Shown: in pieces, positions 40,409-49,582 of the stretch
Layout: each line of letters begins with the position of its first letter
Numbering within the stretch: position 1 is the stretch's first letter
Assembly (NCBI GenBank): GCA_028715175.1
Contig: JAQUSJ010000001.1
Coordinates: forward strand, 340,550-404,549
DNA length: 64,000 bases
Direction of reading: 5' to 3'
Origin: Candidatus Daviesbacteria bacterium
GTDB taxonomy: Bacteria; Patescibacteriota; Microgenomatia; Daviesbacterales; UBA10151
The notes under the pieces: generated by a model
What the model was told of the DNA's origin: nothing
What the model saw: only the letters and a program-made list of their open reading frames with translations
The model's database searches: none
Position numbers and translations under genes: made by a program

Positions 40409-41086
40409 CTATATATCTTTGTACTTCTGAGCGATAATTGCTTGCCCCATGGGCATGATTTTAAAATAACTTCCATCCCATTTGTATTGTATTAGTTTAA
40501 ATCCATTTTTCTCCAAAATTTTTCTTAAAGTGTTTTTTGTAAAAAATCGGATATGAGGAGTAGTCGGATCGAAATAAGTCTCAAAATAAAGTAGAGATAT
40601 AACGATTCTTTTGAGCAAATTGAAGTCAACAGTTGTTATTCCCAAGAAACCTCCCATTTTTAAAATTCTGTTAAGCTCTTGGAACATTTTTTCCGTATCT
40701 ACGATATGTTCCACAATTTCAAATGCAAAAATTGAATCGAAAGTTTTATCTTTGAAAGGCAGGTTTATAATGGATCCTGTTTTGAACTTTGCTTTGTTTG
40801 ATAATCTATTTTCCTTTGCCCTTTGAATGCATTTTTTTATGGCTGTTTGTGACAAATCTATGCCGTCAACCTGCCGGACATTTGCCATTGTTGCTATATG
40901 AAGCGCAAAATCACCCTGTCCGCATCCCGCGTCAAGAACTCTGCCGTTAATTGCTTTTCCATAAAATTCCACTCTTTTTTTAAGATTTTCCCTCCAATCA
41001 GGCAGCCCATGAAAGATATTTTCTTTTCCCAAATCTTCCTTCCAAAATTTCTCATAATATTCGGCTTCCTGATTTTTTATTTTCAT
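40409..41086 (-). CDS. Class I SAM-dependent methyltransferase
   Basis: LDAGCGQG, GIDLS, LPFKDKTFD, EIVEHI, PHIRFFT. Confidence 0.88.
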   Translation of the reverse strand: MKIKNQEAEYYEKFWKEDLGKENIFHGLPDWRENLKKRVEFYGKAINGRVLDAGCGQGDFALHIATMANVRQVDGIDLSQTAIKKCIQRAKENRLSNKAKFKTGSIINLPFKDKTFDSIFAFEIVEHIVDTEKMFQELNRILKMGGFLGITTVDFNLLKRIVISLLYFETYFDPTTPHIRFFTKNTLRKILEKNGFKLIQYKWDGSYFKIMPMGQAIIAQKYKDI

Positions 41087-41183
41087 AAGATTATCTTTTT
41101 AAGATTCTTAATTGTTCAGATTTTAGTTGAAGGTTTTATTAGAAGTCAAGTTAGTGTATTATCTTTGTTGAATTTACATAGAT

Positions 41184-42383
41184 ATGGAGAATAAGATATT
41201 CATTTTTGCCTTAGCCGCTCATGGACAAGGTATTTCCGGGGGAGACAGAATTTTTATCGAATTTGCAAGAAGATGGAGTAAAAAAATTCCTATTTCTATT
41301 TTTGTTTGGGAAGAAGGATACCGAATGTGCCAGAGGCAAGATTTAGACGTATCAAGTACCATGTATTATGTATCAAGCATGAATCCTTGGAAGCATCTAG
41401 GGTTTATCATAAATTATTTGGCATGCATAGTTGAAGGCGTAAAGATAGGACTAACTTTAAAAGTAGAGAACTCTAGCAATACAATTGTTTATTCGGCCTC
41501 AGAATTTTGGATGGATTCACTACCGGCTCTTTTTTTGAAACTGCGATGTTCTAAAATAAGATGGGTAGCGGCTTGGTTTCAAACTGCACCAAATCTTTGG
41601 ATGGGTTTTACAGAAGGAAAAAGGGAAGAAAGATACAGGTCAAAAGCTTTAATTTATTTTCTAATTCAGTTTCCAATAAAATTTTTTATTAATAAATTTG
41701 CTGATTTTGTTTTAGTAAATAATGAGGAAGAAAAAAAACAATTCCCGGCTTTTGATAAGAGAGGGAAGGCAATAGTTGTTTTAGGTGCAGTAAATATTAA
41801 AGAAATTGAAAAATGGAGGCTAAAATTTAAGAATTTAACCAAAGTTTACGACGGAGTTTTTCAAGGGAGATTTCATCCTCAAAAAGGAACTTTGGAATTA
41901 ATAGATATCTGGAAGTTGGTTGTAAGTCAAAAGAAAGATGCGAAATTAGTAATGATTGGGGATGGCCCATTGATGAAGAAAGTAAAAATAAAAATTAAAG
42001 ATGAAAAATTGGAAAATAATATTATTTTGACAGGGTATTTGTTTGATGGTGAGGAAAAGTATCGAATTTTTTCTCAAAGCAAGATTGTAGTACACCCTGC
42101 CTTTTATGATTCCGGAGGGATGGCAGCTGCCGAGGCTATGGCTTTTGGATTACCTGCAGTAGGTTTTAACCTAAAATCATTTGAATCGTATTATCCTCAG
42201 GGAATGATTAAGGTACAAATAGGTAATCTTGAAGATTTTGCAAGTAAGATATTAGATTTATTGAACAACGAAGTTAAAAGAAAAAGAGTTGGAAATAATG
42301 CTTTAGATATGATAAATCAAAAATGGTCTTGGGACATGAGAGCCCAAGAGATCCTGGGTAGATTGATGCCTATATGTATATAA
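41184..42383 (+). CDS. GT4 family glycosyltransferase
   Basis: SGGDRI, GRFHPQKG, YDSGGMAAAEAMAFG (DX7E variant). Confidence 0.85.
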   Translation: MENKIFIFALAAHGQGISGGDRIFIEFARRWSKKIPISIFVWEEGYRMCQRQDLDVSSTMYYVSSMNPWKHLGFIINYLACIVEGVKIGLTLKVENSSNTIVYSASEFWMDSLPALFLKLRCSKIRWVAAWFQTAPNLWMGFTEGKREERYRSKALIYFLIQFPIKFFINKFADFVLVNNEEEKKQFPAFDKRGKAIVVLGAVNIKEIEKWRLKFKNLTKVYDGVFQGRFHPQKGTLELIDIWKLVVSQKKDAKLVMIGDGPLMKKVKIKIKDEKLENNIILTGYLFDGEEKYRIFSQSKIVVHPAFYDSGGMAAAEAMAFGLPAVGFNLKSFESYYPQGMIKVQIGNLEDFASKILDLLNNEVKRKRVGNNALDMINQKWSWDMRAQEILGRLMPICI

Positions 42384-42405
42384 TCAAGTTAAAGTAAACA
42401 AAATT

Positions 42406-43998
42406 ATGAAAAAAGATATGGTTGGAGTGTCAGCGGTTATTCCTAGTTTTAACTGTAAAAATAATCTATTTAGATTATTAGATACTTTAAAAAAATCCAG
42501 CTATAAAAATCTGGAAGTAATAGCTGTTGATAATGGTTCCAGAGATAATACTTTATCGGAAGGTATGAAAAAGTATAAATGGGTGAAGTGGGTAGATGCC
42601 GGGGGAAGAAATATCGGTCAGACCGGTTGCTATAACTTAGGAATGGCTTATATTAAAAAGGGGAATCATTTTCTTTATGTAGATTCTGATGTAACCGTGG
42701 AAAAAGAAATGGTTCAAAACTTAGTCACAAAGCTGAACTCTGATTTGAAAATCGGAATTGTCACACCAATGATTCTTTACCTTTCTGATAAGAATTGGGT
42801 TAATCAAGCAGGCGCTTATGTTGATCTTACTACCGGTAAAGTTACAGTAGGCTGGGGATCCAAGAAAAATTTCTTAGAGCCGAAAGAGGTTCAGAATTCC
42901 GGGACCGTAATGTTGATTAGGAATGAAGTTGTAGAAAAAATCGGCGGTTTTGATAACTGGTTTTTGTGTTATTTTGATCCGGATTATTGTTTAAGGGCAA
43001 AAAAAGTAGGCTATGAAATTTGGTATGAACCTAGCGCAGTCTGTTATCATGATCAATCAAAGAATCCTGCTGTTTGGCGGCCTAGGGTATTAAGCAGGGC
43101 TTATTTATTAGGCAGAAACAGAACGCTTTTCATGAGAAGGCACGGAAAGGTTTTTTCAACGTATGTGCTATTTTTACCATTCCTGTTTGGATATTATTTT
43201 GTTGAAGCTGCCAAATTTGGAATTTTTAATAAATGGTTGGAATTAGTGTTAGGTACATTGGTGGGTTTTGTTTATCCTTTAAAAAAAGGAAATTATATAA
43301 CTTTACCGAAAGGAGAAAATTATCCTTCATTTAGTGTCCCAAAAGAAAATTTATTACAAAAGATAACGGTTAAAACTCCATTTTCTTGGAGTTGGTTATT
43401 ACGTAAATTAATTGGAGATCCAAAGACCGTGTTAGATATTGGTTGCGGGGATGGGGCATTAATGAGAACTCTTTCTAAAGAGAAAAATTGGAAAATAGTT
43501 GGTATAGATATTTTTAAAGATTCAGTTATAAAGGCTAAAACTTTAGGCGTGTATGATTCAATTATACAAGGAGATGTCATTGAAGTTTTAAAAAAAATGA
43601 TAACCCAGAGGAATCGTTTTAATACAGTTTTTTGCTCCCAATTAATTGAACATCTAAGCAAAAAAGAGGGGAATAGACTATTGGATTTAATGGATCAACT
43701 TGCTTTGGAAAGAATAGTTGTAACTACACCCAGAGGTTTTGTGGAACAGCGCGAAGAATTTTTAGGTAATAACCACCATCAGCATCATAAATCCGGATGG
43801 ATGATTGAGGATTTTGTATCCAGAGGATATAAAGTCTATGGTTTGGGTCTTTCAGCGGTTTGGAGATATAGTAAGCTAGGTCTGAGTAAGGCAAGAATAC
43901 CTTTTATCTCGTTAGTATCTTACTTAATGTCGCCATTAGTTTATTTTATCCCAGCATTAGGAGAAGGAATTTTGGCTGTTAAAAAAATAAAAAAATGA
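42406..43998 (+). CDS. Fused GT2 glycosyltransferase / class I SAM methyltransferase
   Basis: N-terminal VDNGS, VDSD, GGFD..DPDYCLR; C-terminal LDIGCGDG, QLIEHL, HQHHKSGW. Confidence 0.85.
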   Translation: MKKDMVGVSAVIPSFNCKNNLFRLLDTLKKSSYKNLEVIAVDNGSRDNTLSEGMKKYKWVKWVDAGGRNIGQTGCYNLGMAYIKKGNHFLYVDSDVTVEKEMVQNLVTKLNSDLKIGIVTPMILYLSDKNWVNQAGAYVDLTTGKVTVGWGSKKNFLEPKEVQNSGTVMLIRNEVVEKIGGFDNWFLCYFDPDYCLRAKKVGYEIWYEPSAVCYHDQSKNPAVWRPRVLSRAYLLGRNRTLFMRRHGKVFSTYVLFLPFLFGYYFVEAAKFGIFNKWLELVLGTLVGFVYPLKKGNYITLPKGENYPSFSVPKENLLQKITVKTPFSWSWLLRKLIGDPKTVLDIGCGDGALMRTLSKEKNWKIVGIDIFKDSVIKAKTLGVYDSIIQGDVIEVLKKMITQRNRFNTVFCSQLIEHLSKKEGNRLLDLMDQLALERIVVTTPRGFVEQREEFLGNNHHQHHKSGWMIEDFVSRGYKVYGLGLSAVWRYSKLGLSKARIPFISLVSYLMSPLVYFIPALGEGILAVKKIKK

Positions 43999-44657
43999 AG
44001 ATAATTGATATTTTAAAACTTAACCTACCCTTTTCTTATATGGGTGTTTTAAGGAATTCTATTGGAAATCCAAAAACAGTATTAGATCTCGGTTGTGGAG
44101 AGGGGACATTAATGCAGTTTGTTTCCGATGGAAAAAACTGGCAGATTACAGGTATCGAGATATATAAAAAAGCCATTGATGTTGCCCGTAAACGCAATGC
44201 TTATTATAAATTAATACAAGGTGACTTATTAAAGACAATCAAAAATAATCTTAAGTCTAAATATGACGTTGTATTTTTTTCCCAAGTAATTGAACATGTG
44301 ACAAGGAGCCAAGGAGAAAAAATATTAGATGAAATTGAAAAATTGGCAAAAAAAAGAATTATTGTAGGAACTCCGAGAGGATTCATGGAGCAGCCTCATG
44401 AATTTTTAGATGGTAATCCTCATCAGGTGCATAAATCTGGTTGGAGCATTGAGGATTTTACTTCAAGAGGATATGAAGTTTATGGAATAGGATTTTGGCC
44501 AATTTGGTCTCATCATGGTTTAGGAAGAAATGCCAGTTTTTTTACAATGATTCTATCAAATGTAATTTCCTATCTAATGTCGCCAATTGTATATTTTTTC
44601 CCGGTTCTCGGGGCAGGTATCATAGCAATAAAAAATAAAGAGAAAAAAAATGACTAA
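43995..44657 (+). CDS. Class I SAM methyltransferase, paralog of the upstream fused domain
   Basis: PKTVLDLGCGEG, SQVIEH, TPRGFMEQ, HQVHKSGW, SYLMSP. Confidence 0.88.
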   Translation: MKIIDILKLNLPFSYMGVLRNSIGNPKTVLDLGCGEGTLMQFVSDGKNWQITGIEIYKKAIDVARKRNAYYKLIQGDLLKTIKNNLKSKYDVVFFSQVIEHVTRSQGEKILDEIEKLAKKRIIVGTPRGFMEQPHEFLDGNPHQVHKSGWSIEDFTSRGYEVYGIGFWPIWSHHGLGRNASFFTMILSNVISYLMSPIVYFFPVLGAGIIAIKNKEKKND

Positions 44658-45708
44658 AAAATCAGCCAACCCCCCCCTCGTATCTGTAGTCATAGCAAAC
44701 TATAATGGTGAAGCCTATTTGGATACTTGTTTAACATCAGTCTTGAATTCTTACGATTCCTTTTCAGAAATATTAATAATTGACGATGGATCAACGGATA
44801 GAAGTATAGAAATCATTCAAGATTTTAAAAAAAAAGATGATCGCATTTTTTTATTAAAGAATGAAAAAAATATGGGAGCAGCAGCCAGTAGAAATAATGC
44901 CTTGGATAAAGTTAGAGGGGATATTATAGTTTTTCTTGATAATGATACAGAGATTAAAAAAGATTCTATAATGCAGCTTATAAAACCTTTAATAGAGGAT
45001 GAAACAGTTGGTGCAGCACAAGCATTATTGATAGATTTTGAAAATAGAAAGCTAGTCCAGATGGCCGGCGGCCACTTAATTCCTCAAGCAATTTGGTTGA
45101 TGGGTTTTTATGAAAAACAAGAATACAAGAAAGTAAAACACAGAGTACGTCTTACCAATATTATTGCAATTTCTGCAGCACTGGCAGTAAAAAAAGAAGT
45201 TATTGACAAGATCGGATATTTTGATAGCAAGGAGGCGGTTTATACTGAAGATTTAGATTTTTGTTGGAGAATTTGGATTGCAGGATATCGGATAGTTCTT
45301 GCACATAAATCTATAATTTATCATTACACTAAATCGATTACCAAAAGAGCTAATATGGGGGCAAATAAATTTAATATTTATTTTCAACTTGCTAAGAATT
45401 CATTTAGATCAATTATTAAAAACTACGAATTTATCAATACTGTTAGATTTTTACCGACTAGTCTTTTTGTAAATTTAGCGCGAGCAGTTTTAGTTCTTTT
45501 AAGGAGAGGTGATTTATCTGCTTTATCTGCTACCATTTACAGCATCTGGTGGAATTGTAAGAATCTGCCTGATACATTGCATAATCGTACAGAAATTCAG
45601 AGAACCAGAAAGTTTAGTGATAAGAAAATTTTAAATGAGGTTTTTGTTAATGGTAGTTTATTGGATATATACGATAGGAATTACAAGAGTTCAAAACTAC
45701 TATGGTAA
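44650..45708 (+). CDS. GT2 family glycosyltransferase (GT2-like rhamnosyltransferase group)
   Basis: SVVIANYNG, DDGSTD, FLDND, EDLDFCWR. Confidence 0.88.
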   Translation: MTKKSANPPLVSVVIANYNGEAYLDTCLTSVLNSYDSFSEILIIDDGSTDRSIEIIQDFKKKDDRIFLLKNEKNMGAAASRNNALDKVRGDIIVFLDNDTEIKKDSIMQLIKPLIEDETVGAAQALLIDFENRKLVQMAGGHLIPQAIWLMGFYEKQEYKKVKHRVRLTNIIAISAALAVKKEVIDKIGYFDSKEAVYTEDLDFCWRIWIAGYRIVLAHKSIIYHYTKSITKRANMGANKFNIYFQLAKNSFRSIIKNYEFINTVRFLPTSLFVNLARAVLVLLRRGDLSALSATIYSIWWNCKNLPDTLHNRTEIQRTRKFSDKKILNEVFVNGSLLDIYDRNYKSSKLLW

Positions 45709-48700
45709 AAAAATTAGATAAATTCCCCATACTTTTTTTCCTGTTTCTTTCCGGAATATTAATATTTTGTTGGTTTAGGTTTGGACTGATGTATGGTGGG
45801 GGAGACACCGGTTTACCTACATACAATCCTCTTTTTACAGCCACCAAGATTGCCAGTAATATCTGGTGGGACTCGTTGGCTCCGGGCATTCCGGTGGCTC
45901 AGGGATTAACCTCGGTTCCGATGCTTTTTCTCTTATCTATCCCCCAGGTATTGGGAGCAAGTCCTGTTGTTATCCAGGCATTGCTGTTTTTTGTGCTTCT
46001 TTTTTTGATGGGTTATGGTATGCACCTTCTGGCTTTGAGTATTTTTGGGAAGCCTAATTATCTTTTAGCTATTTCAGCTGGAGTGTTCTATTTATTTAAT
46101 CCTTATATGATGATTCAGATTTGGCACCGTTTTATTCACAATTCTATGTTTTTTGTGGCTTTTTTGCCTTTTTTGATAATGACTTGGCTATGGTGGATTA
46201 GAAAACGTAGTCCTGTATGTCTATTATTATTCCTTCTGGTGAATTTTTTAGCTGTTTATGTATATGGAACGATTGCCTTTATAGTTCCTGTTTGGACACT
46301 GCTTTTTTTCTTAACTTTACTGGAAGGAGTGGTGCCCTGGAAAGGAAGGAAGAATGCCTTAAGGTTGCTTCTGGCTTTTTTAATTGGTTGTTTTTTTTGG
46401 CTGTTAACCAATAGTTGGTGGCTTATACCTACTTTTAGTGTAAGCCCAGCTCTATTTGCTTCAGTGCATACTACAGATGGCAGTTTAAATACTTTAATGT
46501 CGCTAAGTAATTCATCCATATTGCCTTACACCCTAAGACTTGTTAATCCTTTTTATCTTTACTGGCTTGCTGATTGGGGGAGCATCTATCAAAATCCAAT
46601 TTTCCTGATCATATCTTGGTTGTTTGTACCGGTAGTATTTATTGGTTTTATCAGGGGTTTAAAACAGACACAATATGTGGTATGGAGTCTGCTTCTCTTG
46701 GTAGTAATTTATCTTTCCAAAGGAGCAGCTCCGCCCTTTAATTTTCCCTACATATGGGGATTCTCCCATTTTTTCCCCTTAGGAGTTATCAGGAATCCTT
46801 TTGAAAAGCTGGGAATTATACTACCTCTTGTTTATGCAATTTTATTCTCCGTAGGGTTGCAATATTTGCTTATCACTTCAATCAAATTTATTGGTAAATC
46901 CAAAACCTATTTCCTTTTGATAATTTTTATTTGCCTCCATATGGCTTTTTTCTGGCCTATGTTTGCAGGGAAGTTATTTGGTACTATGGAGAAACAGAAT
47001 TTTGTGGAAGTCCCCCCAAGTTATACGGAAGCCAATAATTGGATTAAACAGGACCTTTCAGGTACAGCGGAAGGTAGAATTTTACATTTACCACTCCCTA
47101 GGTCAGAAAGCGTTACTTACAACTGGGGGTATGGCTACAACGGAGTAGAACCATCTGCCGCTATATTTACCGCACTGCCTTCCATAGCCAGGGGACTGGA
47201 TATTCCCGGGGTCAATGATGCTCTATCAGGACTTTCCCTTATATTTCATAAACCATATGCTGAAAATAATCAGTTTGTTATTTTAAAGATGCTGCAGGAT
47301 TTTAATGTTAAATACATTATTTTACATAAGGATATCCGGTGGTTAGGAGGAGAGCTCTATAATCCTCTGGAAACTGAAACAGTTCTTGATAACTTAGACT
47401 TCCTGGATCGGGAAACAACCTTTGGAGACCTGACCATCTACAAACTAAAGGATTCCTATTTTAGCCCAAAGATAAAATTAATAAATAATATCCAATATTA
47501 TATCTCACCGGAAAACAACACTTATTGGCCTTTGTGGTTGTCCTCTGATAATGTTGAGCTGCTATCTTCCTTAAAGACTGATACAAAAAATCTACTTATT
47601 AAATATGGAACGGAGATGATAGTATCTCCGGAAATTGTTTTTAAATATATACCTCAAGAAGTAATTAGAGAAAAATTATTAGTAGAAATGCCAGTTGTTA
47701 GAATTTTACCTGATTCTCCACTTTATCCATCTGTAAGATTAAAAGAAAATCTTCAATATTCTAGCTTACCGGCAGTTGAGAAATTTTCTTTTAAGGTAAC
47801 CTTAGCTGGTAAGAGATTAATTGAATGTTATCTTCTTAAAGAAAAAGGATCAGCTAAATCGATCATACCGCAACTTAGGGAATATCAACAAATGTTGCCA
47901 GAAATTAAGGAAGGAGTAGAGCTGAGAGTAAGTGGAAAGGAAGGTGTAAAAGAGATTTCCATTAATTTTATTTTAGCCCGTCATCTGGCTACCCTCAAAC
48001 TTATTGGGGAGAAAACTAATAATCAAGAAAAAATAGTCGCTGAAGAAGTTTTTAATAAATTAATTAATTTCCTTAAGGATACTAATGTTGTTCCGAATTC
48101 TTCTATAATAGAAGGAGAGAATTTACCTAATGTTGATCGCTTAATATCAAAATTCAATCTTCCATTTTCGGGTAAATATGAATTATTGCAAGCTCATCAG
48201 CAAATTAAGAATATTTATCCAAACAAGCTAGATACAAATAGGTTTCAGATAAATAACGAATTAAAGAAGTCCACAGGATCGCTTAAGGGTGATTTTATAT
48301 CCTATGGATTATTTGATTTGCCCGAAGGGTTTAATGAGATAAGTTTTAACTCTATTCCTTCAATCAATTTAGCTAAAATTACAGACAGTTTCACAAAAGG
48401 GAATGTGAAAAAAGCCAACGATGAGATTGAACTTAACTCAGGCTTGCATGACTCAAGTTATATAGATATAAATGTAGATCCCGTTTATGGAGGAAATTGG
48501 TATCGACTAACTTTTGACTCTTGGATTAAATTAGGTAATAGATTTAGAATTCAAATTCTTCAGGATATAGATCCTTATAATCCTATAAATCCAACAGAGA
48601 AATTGCCTCTTTACGATAGTGATTTTTCTAAAGATCCTTATATCAACCATTGGGTGAGTCAAACGTATAATTTTCATATTAGTCCTACAACTACAAAAGT

Positions 48701-49235
48701 TATTATACGCTTAGAGGTTGAACCTTGGGATGGCTGTACAGTTACTCAAAGTTCCAAGAAGTTATGTATGAATAAAGATTTTAGTTATCAATTTGAACGA
48801 TTAAGTCAAGTGACGTTAAGAAATATAAGAGTAGTTACATTTTTAACTAATCCGCTATTTTTACAATCAAAATTATCAGAACCAATTAATACATTTGCGG
48901 GAGAAATTAACTTTATTCAAAAAAATATTGTTTCTTATTCAGGAAAAGTAAGAATAAGCAAGTCCACATGGATGTTATTTAAGGAATCATTTGACCCCGG
49001 TTGGGAATTGTCGCTTATAAGAAATAAAGAGATTTACAAACCTAGCCAACATTTGATTGCTAATTTATTTGCTAATGTATGGCTTATTGAGCAACCGGGC
49101 GATTATGATTTTGTTTTAAAATATAGTCCTCAAAAGTTTATTAAAGTAGGTATGGTATTTGCTGGTTTAGGATTGGTTATAGTTTTAATATTTGTAGTGG
49201 GATATAATTTTCGAAGACTAATTTTCAAGAAATGA
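45702..49235 (+). CDS. AftD/YfhO-like large GT-C glycosyltransferase, copy A (DUF5667-like and CBM-like external domains)
   Basis: GGDT after TM1, FYLFNPY, RNPFEKLG, WPMF.G, VKYIILHKD, FDPGW, NLFANVW, terminal TM. Confidence 0.65.
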   Translation: MVKKLDKFPILFFLFLSGILIFCWFRFGLMYGGGDTGLPTYNPLFTATKIASNIWWDSLAPGIPVAQGLTSVPMLFLLSIPQVLGASPVVIQALLFFVLLFLMGYGMHLLALSIFGKPNYLLAISAGVFYLFNPYMMIQIWHRFIHNSMFFVAFLPFLIMTWLWWIRKRSPVCLLLFLLVNFLAVYVYGTIAFIVPVWTLLFFLTLLEGVVPWKGRKNALRLLLAFLIGCFFWLLTNSWWLIPTFSVSPALFASVHTTDGSLNTLMSLSNSSILPYTLRLVNPFYLYWLADWGSIYQNPIFLIISWLFVPVVFIGFIRGLKQTQYVVWSLLLLVVIYLSKGAAPPFNFPYIWGFSHFFPLGVIRNPFEKLGIILPLVYAILFSVGLQYLLITSIKFIGKSKTYFLLIIFICLHMAFFWPMFAGKLFGTMEKQNFVEVPPSYTEANNWIKQDLSGTAEGRILHLPLPRSESVTYNWGYGYNGVEPSAAIFTALPSIARGLDIPGVNDALSGLSLIFHKPYAENNQFVILKMLQDFNVKYIILHKDIRWLGGELYNPLETETVLDNLDFLDRETTFGDLTIYKLKDSYFSPKIKLINNIQYYISPENNTYWPLWLSSDNVELLSSLKTDTKNLLIKYGTEMIVSPEIVFKYIPQEVIREKLLVEMPVVRILPDSPLYPSVRLKENLQYSSLPAVEKFSFKVTLAGKRLIECYLLKEKGSAKSIIPQLREYQQMLPEIKEGVELRVSGKEGVKEISINFILARHLATLKLIGEKTNNQEKIVAEEVFNKLINFLKDTNVVPNSSIIEGENLPNVDRLISKFNLPFSGKYELLQAHQQIKNIYPNKLDTNRFQINNELKKSTGSLKGDFISYGLFDLPEGFNEISFNSIPSINLAKITDSFTKGNVKKANDEIELNSGLHDSSYIDINVDPVYGGNWYRLTFDSWIKLGNRFRIQILQDIDPYNPINPTEKLPLYDSDFSKDPYINHWVSQTYNFHISPTTTKVIIRLEVEPWDGCTVTQSSKKLCMNKDFSYQFERLSQVTLRNIRVVTFLTNPLFLQSKLSEPINTFAGEINFIQKNIVSYSGKVRISKSTWMLFKESFDPGWELSLIRNKEIYKPSQHLIANLFANVWLIEQPGDYDFVLKYSPQKFIKVGMVFAGLGLVIVLIFVVGYNFRRLIFKK
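45755..47335 (+). repeat. 1,581-bp direct repeat, copy 1
   Basis: Matches 49639..51219 (offset 3,884) wherever compared; incidental alternative-frame ORFs are identical in both copies. Confidence 0.95.
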
Positions 49236-49576
49236 GAAGTCGTATCTATTCAATATTAAAGTCAGTTCTTTTTTTTACTATCTCCTTTGTTGTATTTTAT
49301 ATTCTTGAATATGGATTTACTTTTAATCTGTGGGATAAGTTATTAAGTCCTTTTTTACTTTCAGGGCTTATGATAGTAATGTTTTTAAAACCTAGCACTA
49401 AGCGGTGTATGCTAGTTTTGGTTGGTGTTTGTTTCGTAATAATGATTTTGGCATACTTTTTTAATTTTCTAGATTTTTCTAATAGGCTTAGCAGTTTCGG
49501 ATTTAGTCTGTTGATAGTGACAATTTTTTTGTATCTTCCCCAAATTATCAAAGAAGGTTATATCAAAAAATTCTAA
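49232..49576 (+). CDS. Small 4-TM membrane protein
   Basis: ATGA-coupled to copy A, 6 nt before copy B; hydrophobic throughout; shares a motif with 56498..56671. Confidence 0.7.
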   Translation: MRSRIYSILKSVLFFTISFVVFYILEYGFTFNLWDKLLSPFLLSGLMIVMFLKPSTKRCMLVLVGVCFVIMILAYFFNFLDFSNRLSSFGFSLLIVTIFLYLPQIIKEGYIKKF

Positions 49577-49582
49577 CTGATA

